This document shows, one piece after another, positions 43,581-54,619 of a stretch of 64,000 nt of DNA. The notes under the pieces were generated by a model. It made no database searches and was not told the DNA's origin. It was given only the letters and a program-made list of their open reading frames with translations. Where the stretch lies: contig CP181291.1 in NCBI GenBank assembly GCA_052279835.1, forward strand, positions 5,984,001 to 6,048,000, written 5' to 3'. Made by a program: the position numbers and the translations under genes. How positions within the stretch are numbered: the first letter of the stretch is position 1; each line of letters starts with the position of its first letter. This stretch comes from Microcoleus sp. Its GTDB lineage: Bacteria > Cyanobacteriota > Cyanobacteriia > Cyanobacteriales > Microcoleaceae.

Positions 43581-44409
43581 ATGATTGACAGAGAATGGTG
43601 GACCCAACAATGGCTAGATTTAATCAATACCTACCGCTTCAAAAAGCGGTTAGAAACGCGGCTGGCAATATGCGCGAGAAGGTAAAGTTCTCAGCATTAA
43701 ATTTCCTAATCAAGAAGTAATTGCCCTCGTTCAAGGTACCGATCCCAAACCCTATCAAGTTTCTTTAGGACTCGATCCACTAACAGATGAAGATTGGGAA
43801 TATGTGATTGAAAATATGTCACAAAGAGCTATTTTTTCAGCAAAATTATTAGCTGGAGAAATGCCACACAATATTGAAGATGTGTTCGCAGCGGCCGGCA
43901 AAACCCTATTTCCGTTAAGTTTGTCGGATATTCGATCGCGCTGTAGCTGTCCCGATCCCAAAAACCCTTGCAAACACATAAGTGCAGTGTACTACTTATT
44001 GGGCGATCGCTTCAGCGAAGACCCCTTCGTGCTGTTTCAAATGCGGGGTAGAACCAAAGAGCAAATCCTGACAGCACTCCGCCAAAGACGAGGTACAGAA
44101 GCCAAAGACAATACACAACTAAATTCAGGGGAAAATTCCCCAACTGAAAATGCCAAATTACCTAAAGTCGATCGCTTTTGGGAATACAACCAACAACTAG
44201 AATCATCTCTAGTAGTAATTGTACCACCACCGAGTAGCGAAACAGTGCTAGATATTTTAGGACCAATGCCCCTCGCCACTGACGGAAAAGGTACTACCAG
44301 TAAATTATCCCCTGCTTCCGATGCACTCAAGCAGCATTTTAGCAAAATCTACCAAACCGTTAGTCAGCAAGCAGTTTTCGCAGCACTAAAACGCAGTGAA
44401 GGAGATTAA
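43581..44409 (+). pseudogene. SWIM zinc-finger protein, +1 frameshift at about 43655
   Basis: MIDREWWTQQWLDL..RLE continues as RGWQYAREGKV in another frame (extra A in GAAA). CSCPD...PCKH SWIM motif. Confidence 0.75.
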
Positions 44410-44779
44410 CTTTTTTTTAAATTACAAAATAAGATAACAGCTTTCGACTAATATTTTGCGTTCCCAGTAAATCTAATATTCCTAGAGCTTACCCTCCACT
44501 GAGAAACAGCGCCAATTAATATAATATTTTATACATAAAAAATTAAGTATTGACAGTGATTTAAAGAAATGCTAGCTTGTGTCCACACTTATTAAACTCA
44601 AATTCTGCACCAAATATAAATCTAATACCAGTTCTTATAAATTTGAGTTACAGATAAATAAAAGTTGCCATTGTTGTTGAGGCACTATTGTCAACAATCT
44701 GTAGCTTGAGTTGCGAGAATGAGTGTTTTGATGGTGCTAAATTCACCTAGCTAAAACTTCAAAAAATTGTCAAGTCAAT

Positions 44780-45478
44780 ATGAACACCAAAATAAAGATA
44801 GGGGTTGCGGAAGCTTTCGGCACTTTTGTATTAGTGTTAGGCGGATGTGGTAGTGCGGTGTTAGCGGGAGACAAAATCGGATTCTTAGGAGTGTCTATCG
44901 CCTTTGGTTTATCCTTGTTAATCATGGCTTATACCATCGGACCCATCTCAGGATGCCACATCAATCCAGCAGTTAGCATTGGTTTAGTAGTGGGCAAATT
45001 GATCGATGCAGTCTTGCTTCCTTATTATATAGGAGGTCAGATTTTAGGCGGAATTCTAGGTGGTCTTGTTTTATACATGATTGCATCAGGAAAACCGGGA
45101 TTTGATGCTGCCGCTTCGGGATTTGCCTCTAACGGTTTTGGCGAGCATTCTCCTACAGGTTACGGACTTTTGGCTGCGGCATTAACTGAAATTGTACTCA
45201 CGGCTTTTCTGTTATTTACCATCATGGGTACTACCCATCCCAACTATCCTGTAGGTTTGGGCGGAATCCCGATCGGCTTGATGCTGGTTTTGATTCACTT
45301 AGTGGGAATTCCTGTAACCAATACTTCGGTTAATCCAGCTAGAAGTATCGGTGTGGCACTTTTTCAAGGAGGATGGGCAATCCAACAGTTGTGGGCGTTT
45401 ATTGTATTCCCGATCGTGGGTGGAGTTATCGGCGTTTTGGCTTATAATTTGATTAAGCCTGTCCCGCAAGAAGTTTAA
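44780..45478 (+). CDS. aqpZ: aquaporin Z
   Basis: [11 protein letters not shown] and [13 protein letters not shown] motifs; FGEHSP. Confidence 0.93.
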   Translation: MNTKIKIGVAEAFGTFVLVLGGCGSAVLAGDKIGFLGVSIAFGLSLLIMAYTIGPISGCHINPAVSIGLVVGKLIDAVLLPYYIGGQILGGILGGLVLYMIASGKPGFDAAASGFASNGFGEHSPTGYGLLAAALTEIVLTAFLLFTIMGTTHPNYPVGLGGIPIGLMLVLIHLVGIPVTNTSVNPARSIGVALFQGGWAIQQLWAFIVFPIVGGVIGVLAYNLIKPVPQEV

Positions 45479-45641
45479 TCAAAAATTGACTTAAAAATCG
45501 GGTTTCTAGAGGTGTATTGCAATCCTTGCAGAAGTAGTAAATTTTTTACCCAACCCTAACTATTCCCTTGAGTCAGGAGAGGGAGTAAGAAATTCACAAA
45601 TGAATAATTTAAGAAACCTGATTTTTGGGTCGATCGTGGCT

Positions 45642-46163
45642 ATGATTGTAATTCTGATGGGAGTATCCGGTGCTGGCAAAACTACCGTGGGCAAGTTGCT
45701 GGCGGATTCACTACATTGGAAATTCAATGATGCAGATGATTTTCACTCCCAGGCAAACATAGACAAAATGAGTTTGGGTATTCCCTTAGAAGATGTCGAT
45801 CGCTTTCCTTGGCTTTTAGAACTGCAAGCTGCTATAGATAGCTGGTTAGTAGAACAGAAAAATGTAGTATTGGCTTGTTCTGCCTTAAAAGCATCTTACC
45901 GCGAAATGCTCTGCCGAGACAAGCAACAAATAAAAATATTTTATCTCAAGGCTTCTTTTGGGCTACTGGCAGAAAGGTTGAAAAATCGCGAAAATCACTA
46001 CATGAAAGCAGAGTTATTGTCAAGTCAATTGGCAACTCTGGAAGCACCTCAAGATGCAATTGTCATAGATGCCTCACAGTCTCTAGAGGTAATTGTCCAA
46101 TTCCTGATAAATAGTATAGGGACTGCGGGAGCGGGGAATCTTCTTCCTGGTAATGAAAATTGA
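45642..46163 (+). CDS. gluconokinase (GntK/IdnK type)
   Basis: MGVSGAGKTT P-loop, DADDFH, ACSALKASYR, LLSSQLATLEAP. Confidence 0.9.
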   Translation: MIVILMGVSGAGKTTVGKLLADSLHWKFNDADDFHSQANIDKMSLGIPLEDVDRFPWLLELQAAIDSWLVEQKNVVLACSALKASYREMLCRDKQQIKIFYLKASFGLLAERLKNRENHYMKAELLSSQLATLEAPQDAIVIDASQSLEVIVQFLINSIGTAGAGNLLPGNEN

Positions 46164-46168
46164 GAGAT

Positions 46169-47149
46169 TTAATAATTTTTGTACAAGTACAAGAAAGCTT
46201 CTACTTCAGCAGCGCTTGGTTGAGCAGAAATTGCACCAGGTTTCATTGCCGTCATGGCACCTACTGCACTGGCATAAGTAACCACTTTTTTGGTGACTTC
46301 TGCATCAGCTAAATTCAGAATTCCCACCTTGCACAACTGGCTGACAAAACCAGCCACAAATCCATCACCGGCACCAGTTGTATCCTCAATATCTACTTTG
46401 AAAGCGGGGATTTTTCCTTCATTCTCCGAGATACAATAGGAACAACCTTTCTCTCCCGCAGTTACTAAAACTCCTTCAGGGGAATTGAGGCGGTAGGTAA
46501 TAGCTCCAGCGTCGGTAGTTTCAAACAGCCATTGGGCTTCTTCTGCCGATAATTTCAGAAAATCAATTTTGGTGAAGAGTTTTTTAATCAGTGATTTTGC
46601 TTCCTCTGGATTCTGCCAAAACACTGGTCGCCAATTGATGTCTAGTATAATTTTTACATCATACTTTTCTGCTAGTTCAATCGCTTTTTCTATCGCCTTT
46701 CGACTATCTGGATAAGCTAATTCTAAAGTACCTAATACTAGAAAATCCGCATTTTCAAACAGCACTTCTGGTATTTGGGCCGCGATGAGGTGAGTGTCGG
46801 CAAACTCCGCAGTGTTTGCATCGCCAAAACCTGCAAAAAATCGATCGCCCATTTCATTTCGCAATACATAAACTTGTCGTGTCGGTGCTGTCGGGTGACG
46901 CTGCACTCCAGTGGTGTCAACTCCTATTTCTTGCAATACCTGCACGAGGGAGTTACCCAGTTCATCCCCACCCACAGCACCAATAAATCCTGCGCTATGC
47001 CCCAATTTAACTAAAGCACAGGCAACATTCGCCGGGGCACCTCCGGGATAGGGTGTCCAAGATTCTACCTCTTCTAGGGCAAGTCCCGATCGATCTGCGA
47101 GACAGTCAAATAAGATTTCACCCAAACACAGTACGCGAGGATAAGTCAT
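46169..47149 (-). CDS. PfkB-family carbohydrate kinase (fructokinase-like)
   Basis: GGAPANVA and DTTGAGDGF signatures. Confidence 0.92.
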   Translation of the reverse strand: MTYPRVLCLGEILFDCLADRSGLALEEVESWTPYPGGAPANVACALVKLGHSAGFIGAVGGDELGNSLVQVLQEIGVDTTGVQRHPTAPTRQVYVLRNEMGDRFFAGFGDANTAEFADTHLIAAQIPEVLFENADFLVLGTLELAYPDSRKAIEKAIELAEKYDVKIILDINWRPVFWQNPEEAKSLIKKLFTKIDFLKLSAEEAQWLFETTDAGAITYRLNSPEGVLVTAGEKGCSYCISENEGKIPAFKVDIEDTTGAGDGFVAGFVSQLCKVGILNLADAEVTKKVVTYASAVGAMTAMKPGAISAQPSAAEVEAFLYLYKNY

Positions 47150-47519
47150 AGGGATTTGAGATTTGAGACTAGGCCAGACTGGTCATTAAAAATCTCCCAT
47201 AATTCCTGGGTAACAGCTATCCCTTAGACAAAGCGCTTGGGCTAGCGTCGCGGGCTCAGCTTCGTCGAAGGCTTCAAGGGCACGGCGCGCCACTTGTCCG
47301 TTGTTGACTATCTTTTGGCCACAAATTTATTACACAGGAATCAAGTGCCTGTACTGACACCGGATGTTTGCACTCCGCTGGGAGGACGTGATGGTCGATC
47401 GACTGCAATTGCTAATCTCCCGGAACGATAGCATGAAAAGATTTAATTTTTCTATTCTTAGTTGATCCTCGATCCTTTAGAATTATAGATAGGTAAATAT
47501 GCACACATAGGAAAAATTT

Positions 47520-47795
47520 ATGAGTGGGAGCGTTTCTCAGATCCCTGTCACCCTATCAGACAGAGAATTACAAGTGGTAGAATTGGTCGCGACAGGATTG
47601 ACCAATGAGAAAATAGCGGAAAAGTTAGAGATTAGCAAGCGTACAGTTGACAACCATATTAGCAATATCTTGAATAAGACGCGGGCTGATAATCGAGTTG
47701 CACTGGTGCGCTGGGCTTTGCAGTGGGGAAAAGTATGTTTAGACAATATTAACTGCTGCCCTCTACCAGGACCGATCGATAAAGAAGTATCTTAA
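47520..47795 (+). CDS. pedR: LuxR-type HTH regulator PedR
   Basis: LSDRELQV..GLTN.KIA..L.ISKRTVDNH; C-terminal WGKVCLDNINCC cysteines. Confidence 0.8.
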   Translation: MSGSVSQIPVTLSDRELQVVELVATGLTNEKIAEKLEISKRTVDNHISNILNKTRADNRVALVRWALQWGKVCLDNINCCPLPGPIDKEVS

Positions 47796-47805
47796 GTAGG
47801 GCTCA

Positions 47806-48111
47806 ATGTTGGGAACAGACAAAGGAATGATGCAAACGGCACAAGAAAAACAATTACGGTATCAAATTCAATGCCCTGGATTACCACTGGCGGTGTATCG
47901 CGAAGTGGCAGCCCATTTGCGTCAAGTTGAAGGAGTGGAAACCGGTTTAATTGCACAGCAGTCGCAGCAATTTGATTACAATGACAGCCAAGTTGGGGCT
48001 TTGTGGATACAGTATCCTGAAGGGTTCGATTTTGCAGGTCGCGAGCAAGTCGATCGCATTTTGGCTTATTATGGCGATCGCTACGGAGTTTGGGAACTAT
48101 TAAGTCATTAG
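47806..48111 (+). CDS. conserved cyanobacterial hypothetical protein
   Basis: LPLAVYREVAAHLRQV..FDY..SQVG motif; co-oriented between pedR and hisS. Confidence 0.7.
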   Translation: MLGTDKGMMQTAQEKQLRYQIQCPGLPLAVYREVAAHLRQVEGVETGLIAQQSQQFDYNDSQVGALWIQYPEGFDFAGREQVDRILAYYGDRYGVWELLSH

Positions 48112-48294
48112 TTATTAGTTATTGGTTATTAGTTATTTGTTATTGATTGTTTGTTATTCAAGTCAACAAGCAATAAATACGAACCCACAAATAACAAGCC
48201 CAAGCTGAAAAATGACGAGTAACAAATAACAAATAAAAACCCACAAATAACAACCCACAAATAACAACCAAGAAGTGACAACAGACTAACATTC

Positions 48295-49590
48295 ATGAGT
48301 GCAATTAAAACTTTACCTGGAACGCGGGATATTTTGCCCGCTGAAATTGAATATTGGCAAAACATCGAAGCAGTTGCTAGAAATATTTTAACCAAAGCCG
48401 CTTATCGAGAAATTCGGACACCTATCTTTGAACAAACATCCTTATTTGAACGCGGCATCGGTGAAGCTACTGATGTTGTGGGCAAAGAAATGTACACTTT
48501 TAAAGATAAAGGCGATCGATCGAGTACCTTGCGGCCAGAAGGTACAGCCGGAGTAGTTCGAGCTTTCATTCAAAATAGTTTGTACGCGGCGGGTGACGTC
48601 CAGCGTCTGTGGTATACTGGGCCGATGTTTCGCTACGAACGCACCCAAGAAGGAAGACAGCGGCAGTTTAATCAAATTGGCGTAGAAGTCTTGGGTAGTG
48701 CGAATCCCCGTGCAGATGTGGAGGTAATTGCGATCGCCTGCGATATCCTTCAAACCCTTGGTTTAAAAAATTTGCGCCTCGATATTAACTCTGTCGGAAA
48801 CAAGGAAGATAGACAAAATTATCGGCAAGCCTTAATCGATTATTTTACACCATACAAATCCGAATTAGATGCGGATTCCCAAGACCGTTTAACCCGGAAT
48901 CCGCTGCGGATTTTGGATAGTAAAAATGAGCGGACCCAGGAAATTGTCAAAGGCGCGCCGAGTATTTTGGACTATTTGGGCGATGAATCGCGATCGCACT
49001 TCGAGCAAGTGCAGCAAATGCTGACAAATTTAGGAATTAGCTATCAGTTAAATCCCCGATTAGTGCGCGGTTTAGATTACTATACCTATACTGCGTTTGA
49101 AATTATTTCCGACGATTTAGGTGCCCAAGCCACAGTTTGTGGAGGTGGCCGATACGATGGTTTAGTAAAGGAATTGGGCGGACCAGATACGGCGGCAGTC
49201 GGTTGGGCAATGGGTATGGAAAGGTTGATTATCCTGCTGCAAAAATTGCAACCATTACCCAAACCAAAGTTAGATTTTTATTTGGTATCTAGGGGTGAAA
49301 AAGCCGAACAACAATCGGTATTATTAGCTCAAAAACTGCGGGTTGCTGGATTTAGCGTCGAAATCGATTTGAGCGGCAGTGCTTTTGGGAAACAGTTTAA
49401 AAGAGCAGATCGCAGTGGTGCTGTTGGGTGCTTAGTTTTGGGAGATGCGGAAGCAGAAAACGAGACGGTACAATTGAAGTGGTTGGCGAGTGGAGAACAA
49501 AGTGCGATCGGCCAATCAGAACTCCTAGCAATGACAGAGGAGTTACAGCAGAAAATAGCAGTTGCATCTCTCTCACCAACTGAAAAGTAA
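48295..49590 (+). CDS. hisS: histidine--tRNA ligase
   Basis: LRPEGTAGVVR, GRQRQFNQ, LVRGLDYY, GGGRYDGL. Confidence 0.97.
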   Translation: MSAIKTLPGTRDILPAEIEYWQNIEAVARNILTKAAYREIRTPIFEQTSLFERGIGEATDVVGKEMYTFKDKGDRSSTLRPEGTAGVVRAFIQNSLYAAGDVQRLWYTGPMFRYERTQEGRQRQFNQIGVEVLGSANPRADVEVIAIACDILQTLGLKNLRLDINSVGNKEDRQNYRQALIDYFTPYKSELDADSQDRLTRNPLRILDSKNERTQEIVKGAPSILDYLGDESRSHFEQVQQMLTNLGISYQLNPRLVRGLDYYTYTAFEIISDDLGAQATVCGGGRYDGLVKELGGPDTAAVGWAMGMERLIILLQKLQPLPKPKLDFYLVSRGEKAEQQSVLLAQKLRVAGFSVEIDLSGSAFGKQFKRADRSGAVGCLVLGDAEAENETVQLKWLASGEQSAIGQSELLAMTEELQQKIAVASLSPTEK

Positions 49591-49615
49591 ACTCTTTGCT
49601 CATTTTTCCTCCTTA

Positions 49616-49733
49616 TTCCTCGTTACTAGGCTCTGCCTAGTAACGCAGATCCAGAGGCTCCGCCTCGTCCCTCGTTTCCTTGTTCCTCGTTACTAGGCTC
49701 TGCCTAGTAACGCAGATCCAGAGGCTCTGCCTC
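49616..49733 (+). repeat. two direct 51-bp REP-like repeats with double hairpins
   Basis: TTCCTCGTTACTAGGCTCTGCCTAGTAACGCAGATCCAGAGGCTCYGCCTC at 49616-49666 and 49683-49733. Confidence 0.8.
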
Positions 49734-49742
49734 ATACTTAAT

Positions 49743-49863
49743 GGGAGCATCCGAATTTTGCACGGGCGAAGCATTCCGGCAGATAATTTATGAGTTAAAA
49801 GCAGAGATTTACTGCCGGAATACTTCGCCCCTACGGATATATTTGTAAAAATCGGATGCTCCC
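49743..49863. mobile_element. MITE family A copy 2
   Basis: GGGAGCATCC...GGATGCTCCC flanked on both sides by TACTTAAT. Confidence 0.85.
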
Positions 49864-49948
49864 TACTTAATCGTCATTAAAATTCATCCCAAAAACCAAG
49901 AGATATAATTTAACCCTTAAAAAAATTAACATCTAATTACGAACTAAT

Positions 49949-51091
49949 ATGTTAATCGAACGTCTCAAGCCCATCGCCTGGAAAAAAAAAACCCAACTGA
50001 TTTCATTGTTTTCAGGTTGTGGCGGCATGGACTTGCCATTCCACCAAGCCGGATTTGAGGTAGTTTGGGCGATCGACTCCAATAAATACGCCTGCAAAAC
50101 ATTCAGCAGAAATATCGCCGATGTCATCGTCAATGACAGCATAGAAAATATAGACATTACCCAAGTTCCAGATGCAGACATATGTATAGGAGGATTTCCT
50201 TGTCAAGACTTTTCCATGATTTGGAAACGTCCAGGACTGGAAGGAACCAGAGGCAATTTATACACATACTTTCTCGATTTTGTCAATAAAAAAAAGCCAA
50301 AAGCTTTTGTAGCAGAAAATGTCAAAGGCTTATTAAGCGCCAATAATTATCAAGCAATCAAACAAATAATTTCCGACTTTGAAAGTATCGCTCCCGGCTA
50401 CTTAGTCAAACCCAAACTCTACAACTTTGCGGATTACGGAGTCCCCCAATTTCGCCAAAGAGTATTATTAGTTGGCATTCGGATGGATACAGGATTTAAC
50501 TTTGTACATCCTCAGCCAAAATACGGTGAAAATCGTAATTATCCCTATCGAACTGCCGGCCAAGCACTCAAAAATGTCGAAAAAGTCAAATATAATCAAG
50601 AACATCAGAAAATTCAACCACGAACCATTGAAATTTTGAGTCGCATCAAACCGGGAGGGAATTTTACTGATATTCCCAAAGATAGTCCCTACTATGTAAA
50701 AGGCATGATCAGTCACGTTTATCGGCGAATTCATCCAGATAAACCCTGTGCTACAATTATTGCTGGTGGTGGTGGTGGTACTTGGGGATATCATTATCCC
50801 GAACCCCGTTCATTGACAAATAGGGAAAGAGCAAGGTTACAAAGTTTTCCCGATAATTTTGTTTTTGAGGGTTCTATTACTGAAGTAAGAAGACAAATTG
50901 GCAATGCAGTTCCGCCCGATGGAATAGTTGAAGTTGTTGAATCACTGATTCCCTTATTTCAAGAGGATTATCAGAAAATAGATTTATACAATTTAAATAA
51001 AAAATTGCAATTAATGTCAATTAAAGAACGATTAGAACACGCAGAAGCAGAGGCTTCTCAACAGCAATTACAATTGACGGTTAATGTTTAG
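49949..51091 (+). CDS. DNA (cytosine-5)-methyltransferase, no adjacent endonuclease
   Basis: LFSGCGG, GGFPCQDFS, AENVKG, QFRQR, RERARLQSFPD, QIGNAVPP. Confidence 0.93.
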   Translation: MLIERLKPIAWKKKTQLISLFSGCGGMDLPFHQAGFEVVWAIDSNKYACKTFSRNIADVIVNDSIENIDITQVPDADICIGGFPCQDFSMIWKRPGLEGTRGNLYTYFLDFVNKKKPKAFVAENVKGLLSANNYQAIKQIISDFESIAPGYLVKPKLYNFADYGVPQFRQRVLLVGIRMDTGFNFVHPQPKYGENRNYPYRTAGQALKNVEKVKYNQEHQKIQPRTIEILSRIKPGGNFTDIPKDSPYYVKGMISHVYRRIHPDKPCATIIAGGGGGTWGYHYPEPRSLTNRERARLQSFPDNFVFEGSITEVRRQIGNAVPPDGIVEVVESLIPLFQEDYQKIDLYNLNKKLQLMSIKERLEHAEAEASQQQLQLTVNV

Positions 51092-51258
51092 TCAAGTGAG
51101 GTAATTGAATGTCGATACCTAGCATAACTCCTTACACTCCCTATTCTGAGGAGTAGAGAAGTCTATTTAGTTATTCCGATCAGAAATGGCTTAATTTGCG
51201 AAGGTTTCCCAGCTTTAAAAGCTTGATTATTTATATCCGTGTTGATGGATTGTCAGTT

Positions 51259-51705
51259 TTAGCATTCAAGAGCCAGGTCAATTTCTTGAACTAATTCTAA
51301 AGGAAAAAATGGTTTATAAATAGTCTTTATTACACCAAGCTTAGGAAATAGATAGCTTTCTGGTAAGTGGGTTTTTGCGGTTAATAGCACCACAGGAATG
51401 AATACGGTTATTGGATTGGATCGCAGGTATTCTAAAAAAGTCAAACCATCCATTTTAGGCATCATCATATCTAAAACGATCGCATCGGGAAGTTCCCTAC
51501 TCGCTAGATACAAAGCATCCTCCCCTGATGCGGCAGTTGAAACTTCCCAACCTCCGAATTTTTGCAAGCAGAATGCCACAACTTCCCGCATAGAATCGTC
51601 ATCATCTACAACTAAAATGCGTTTCGCAGTGCGATTAACCGTTTCCGAGTGATTGTTCTGGAGCACCTGATTTGAACAGAGCATATTGATCATAGGTTTC
51701 CTCAC
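51259..51705 (-). CDS. single-domain response regulator
   Basis: ILVVDDD, LDMMMPKMDG, LLTAK, KPF. Confidence 0.88.
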   Translation of the reverse strand: MRKPMINMLCSNQVLQNNHSETVNRTAKRILVVDDDDSMREVVAFCLQKFGGWEVSTAASGEDALYLASRELPDAIVLDMMMPKMDGLTFLEYLRSNPITVFIPVVLLTAKTHLPESYLFPKLGVIKTIYKPFFPLELVQEIDLALEC

Positions 51706-51868
51706 TTTGAGTGTCAGATGGTCAACTTGATCGCCGACAGTTTCAGATTAGACGAAGAAAATGGAGAAAATATGAATTAATGCCCTGAATATGTCAAGAG
51801 ATATGAAGTAATATGAGTTTGGTGAACCTTGACTGAGGTCGATCGCCCTTTGAACCCAAATTTTCCAA

Positions 51869-52483
51869 CTAAAACCTTTTTCCTTCAGCTATACTATCAG
51901 GCACACCTACCGCAGAAATCCCGGCGATCGCCCTTAAATTCTGACACCGAATCAAAGCATTAAAATCCAACCCAGAACCTTCTATTTGCGCTACAGCCTC
52001 GATCGCCGATAGTAAATGTCTGGCGGCGTCTTCCTCGCTGTAACCGCGCCGGAGAGCTACTTTAATCGCGGTTTCGTCAGCATCTAACTCTACTTGGGAA
52101 CTCCGGTTGTCCCGCCAAATTCGAGTTACAGCGAGTCCCGTCAAACCGCCGGCGATCGCAGTGCCGATCGCATCTCCCTGCAATAATTCTACCACTGTTC
52201 CGACCAGTCCCGCCAGAGCGGCCCCTTGATAAATATCGACTTTAAACCACTGAACATTTCCCAGAAAACTGACATTCCTTAATATTAGTAAATCTCGCTG
52301 CGGCTTAGACAGCAACTTCCATAGGTCAAAATTAATATAAATTGGTCGATTGCGATTCCAAGGTAAAGGAAATTGACAGTCTATTACCTTTGATTGCTGT
52401 GGCTTATTAATGATTTTACACATCATGCGGCCAGAGGCTGGCATCACATCTAACAGGCGGCGAATTTCTGGTTCGGGATTCAT
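51869..52483 (-). CDS. DUF3318-like membrane protein
   Basis: EIRRLLDVMPASGRM, QRDLL, ELDADE.A..RRGY, RCQNL. Confidence 0.8.
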   Translation of the reverse strand: MNPEPEIRRLLDVMPASGRMMCKIINKPQQSKVIDCQFPLPWNRNRPIYINFDLWKLLSKPQRDLLILRNVSFLGNVQWFKVDIYQGAALAGLVGTVVELLQGDAIGTAIAGGLTGLAVTRIWRDNRSSQVELDADETAIKVALRRGYSEEDAARHLLSAIEAVAQIEGSGLDFNALIRCQNLRAIAGISAVGVPDSIAEGKRF

Positions 52484-52487
52484 AATT

Positions 52488-52846
52488 GAAGGAAGAGGGA
52501 ATCAGGAAGAAGGAAGAGGGAATCAGGAAGAAGGAAGAGGGAAGAGGGAAGAGGGAAGAGGGAATCAGGAAGAGGGTAGAAGGAAGAAGAACCCCCCCTG
52601 CCCCCCCCTAGGGGGGAAATTCAGGAAGAAGGAATCAGGAAGAGGGAATCAGGAAGAGGGAATCAGGAAGAGGGAAGAAGAACCCCCCCTGCCCCCCCTA
52701 GGGGGGAAATTCAGGAAGAAGGAATCAGGAAGAGGGAATCAGGAAGAGGGAAGAAGAACCCCCCCTGCCCCCCCCTAGGGGGGAAATTCAGGAAGAAGGA
52801 ATAAGTCACCCCTCCCTAGGGGGGAAATTCAGGAATCAGGAAGAAA
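52488..52846. repeat. purine-rich heptamer array (GGAATCA/GGAAGAR) with embedded CCCCCCTGCCCCCCCTAGGGGGG units
   Basis: Three full and one partial hairpin units within a tandem array. Confidence 0.85.
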
Positions 52847-52886
52847 GAGATGGGGGAGATGGGCTTGATTCCTTGTAGTTACTATA

Positions 52887-54449
52887 TTAAGGGTTTTTCT
52901 TGGAGTCGGGAGAGGGAGATTTTTGAGCTTTGGGAGTTGCTTTTTCACTCTTGGGCGAAGGCTTTGGGTTGGCAATTTTTGGGGCCACTGAGGGCTTGGA
53001 AGTTGCCGCTGGTTTCGAGGAAGCAGGTGCTGTTAATGGCGAAGCAGGGGGTGTTTTAGTACCCAAAATGCTGGCATCTCCTGTGTCAAATAAGCCAGCG
53101 ATACAAGCAATCATCATGGTGGCTAAAGTTCCGACAAATAATGCTTTCCAACCAAGTTCGGAAATGTCTTTGCGCCTGGAGGGAATTAGGGCGATTGTAC
53201 CACCGACAAATATGCCGACAGAGGCGAGGTGGGCGAAGCCGGAAAGGGCGTAACTGACAATCAATACTGTGCGATCGCTCACCAGTCCTTTCCCAGCCAC
53301 TTCTGCTAAAGTTTGATAAGGTGGAATAGCTGTTTCCAAAAGTCGGCGGCCGATAATTATAGATGCTTGCCAAGAATCCTCAAGGGGAACTCCGGTTAAC
53401 AGCGTCAGGGGATAAAATAAGAATCCCATGATGTTGGCCAAGGTGACTACTTTAAAAAAGCCACCAATCGGGTTGGGCAAGATAGCCAGCCAGCCAAAGA
53501 ATTGATTGATTAAGGAAACTAAACCTAAGATTAATATTAAAACAGCGGCGATCGCCACTGCCATCTTTACCCCATCCAAGGCACCGATGATGGCCGCATC
53601 CAAAGGGCTAACTCGTTCGATTGGTTCTCCGCCAACGGTCTCTTGTTGTGGAATTGCGCCGTCTAAGTCATCAATTTCTTCTCCCACAAATTCTCGACCT
53701 TTAGGTTTTGGGTTTTCCTTGGGAATACCACCCATTGTCAGCGGCACTTCGGTTTCCGGAACTAATATTTTGGAGAGGACAAAACAAGCTGGAATGGCAA
53801 TAATTGAAGCTGAAACTAAATGCCCTAAAATATTGGGAAAAACGGGCTTTAGGAAACTGACGTAAATTGCTAAAGTTGAGGAAGCAGCAGTCCCAAAACA
53901 GCAAGAAAGGATGGCACAAAGTTCCGAACGAGTCATTTTCGGCAAGTAAGGCTTGACCACAATTGCTGCTTCAATGCCTACGAAAATATTGGCAGCACCG
54001 CTGAGTGCTTCTGCGCCACTCAAACGCATTGTCATATAAAAAATTTTGGCGAAAACTTCGGTTATAATTTGAATAACACCGATGTTATAAAGCAAAGCCA
54101 TCAGACCTGAAAAAAATACCACTGTTGGCAAAGCTCGAAAGGCAAAAATATATCCTAAATTAACGGGAGGTTCTTGGCCTGGTATGGGTACAATGTTTTT
54201 GCCGAATACAAATCTCGCCCCGGCATCAGCAGCGGTAAATACGCCATCTAGTAAGCTAGTAAACCACTCTAGGGCGATGCGAGTTGGGGGAAATAGGAAC
54301 ACTAAAAACCCCAAGAGTAATTGCAGTCCAATACCCCAGACGATGACCCGCCACGGTATATACTGAGGTTTGCGGTTTTCGGAAAAAATCCAGGCGATCG
54401 CACATAAGCCAAAAATGCCCAGAAACGAGATAAAGTTGTAAATAGACAT
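52887..54449 (-). CDS. concentrative nucleoside transporter (NupC/CNT family)
   Basis: FSENRK..IPWR.IVWG..LQ, FAFRALP..VFFS, AANIFVG, YALSGFA. Confidence 0.9.
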   Translation of the reverse strand: MSIYNFISFLGIFGLCAIAWIFSENRKPQYIPWRVIVWGIGLQLLLGFLVFLFPPTRIALEWFTSLLDGVFTAADAGARFVFGKNIVPIPGQEPPVNLGYIFAFRALPTVVFFSGLMALLYNIGVIQIITEVFAKIFYMTMRLSGAEALSGAANIFVGIEAAIVVKPYLPKMTRSELCAILSCCFGTAASSTLAIYVSFLKPVFPNILGHLVSASIIAIPACFVLSKILVPETEVPLTMGGIPKENPKPKGREFVGEEIDDLDGAIPQQETVGGEPIERVSPLDAAIIGALDGVKMAVAIAAVLILILGLVSLINQFFGWLAILPNPIGGFFKVVTLANIMGFLFYPLTLLTGVPLEDSWQASIIIGRRLLETAIPPYQTLAEVAGKGLVSDRTVLIVSYALSGFAHLASVGIFVGGTIALIPSRRKDISELGWKALFVGTLATMMIACIAGLFDTGDASILGTKTPPASPLTAPASSKPAATSKPSVAPKIANPKPSPKSEKATPKAQKSPSPDSKKNP

Positions 54450-54619
54450 GACCCTAGTCCTTGAAATATCTGAGAATATCGGCTGATGCCTTATATCAAA
54501 TCAGTTATACTCTTCATTTGAGGCCAAATGTCAAAAAAATTAACTGTACGAGTTCTGCGGAGCTTTCGCAACCCTTGATTTGCCTTAAATTACCAGCAGT
54601 TTAATCTAAACTCGAACAC

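Noticed and set aside
49616..49733. Mini CRISPR array
   Set aside because: Only two 51-bp units with a 16-bp gap; REP-like structure.
52410..52778. 122-aa ORF
   Set aside because: It is a translation of the tandem repeat and overlaps a real gene on the opposite strand.
52488..52846. CRISPR array
   Set aside because: The intervening sequences are themselves heptamer repeats, spacing is irregular and there are no cas genes.
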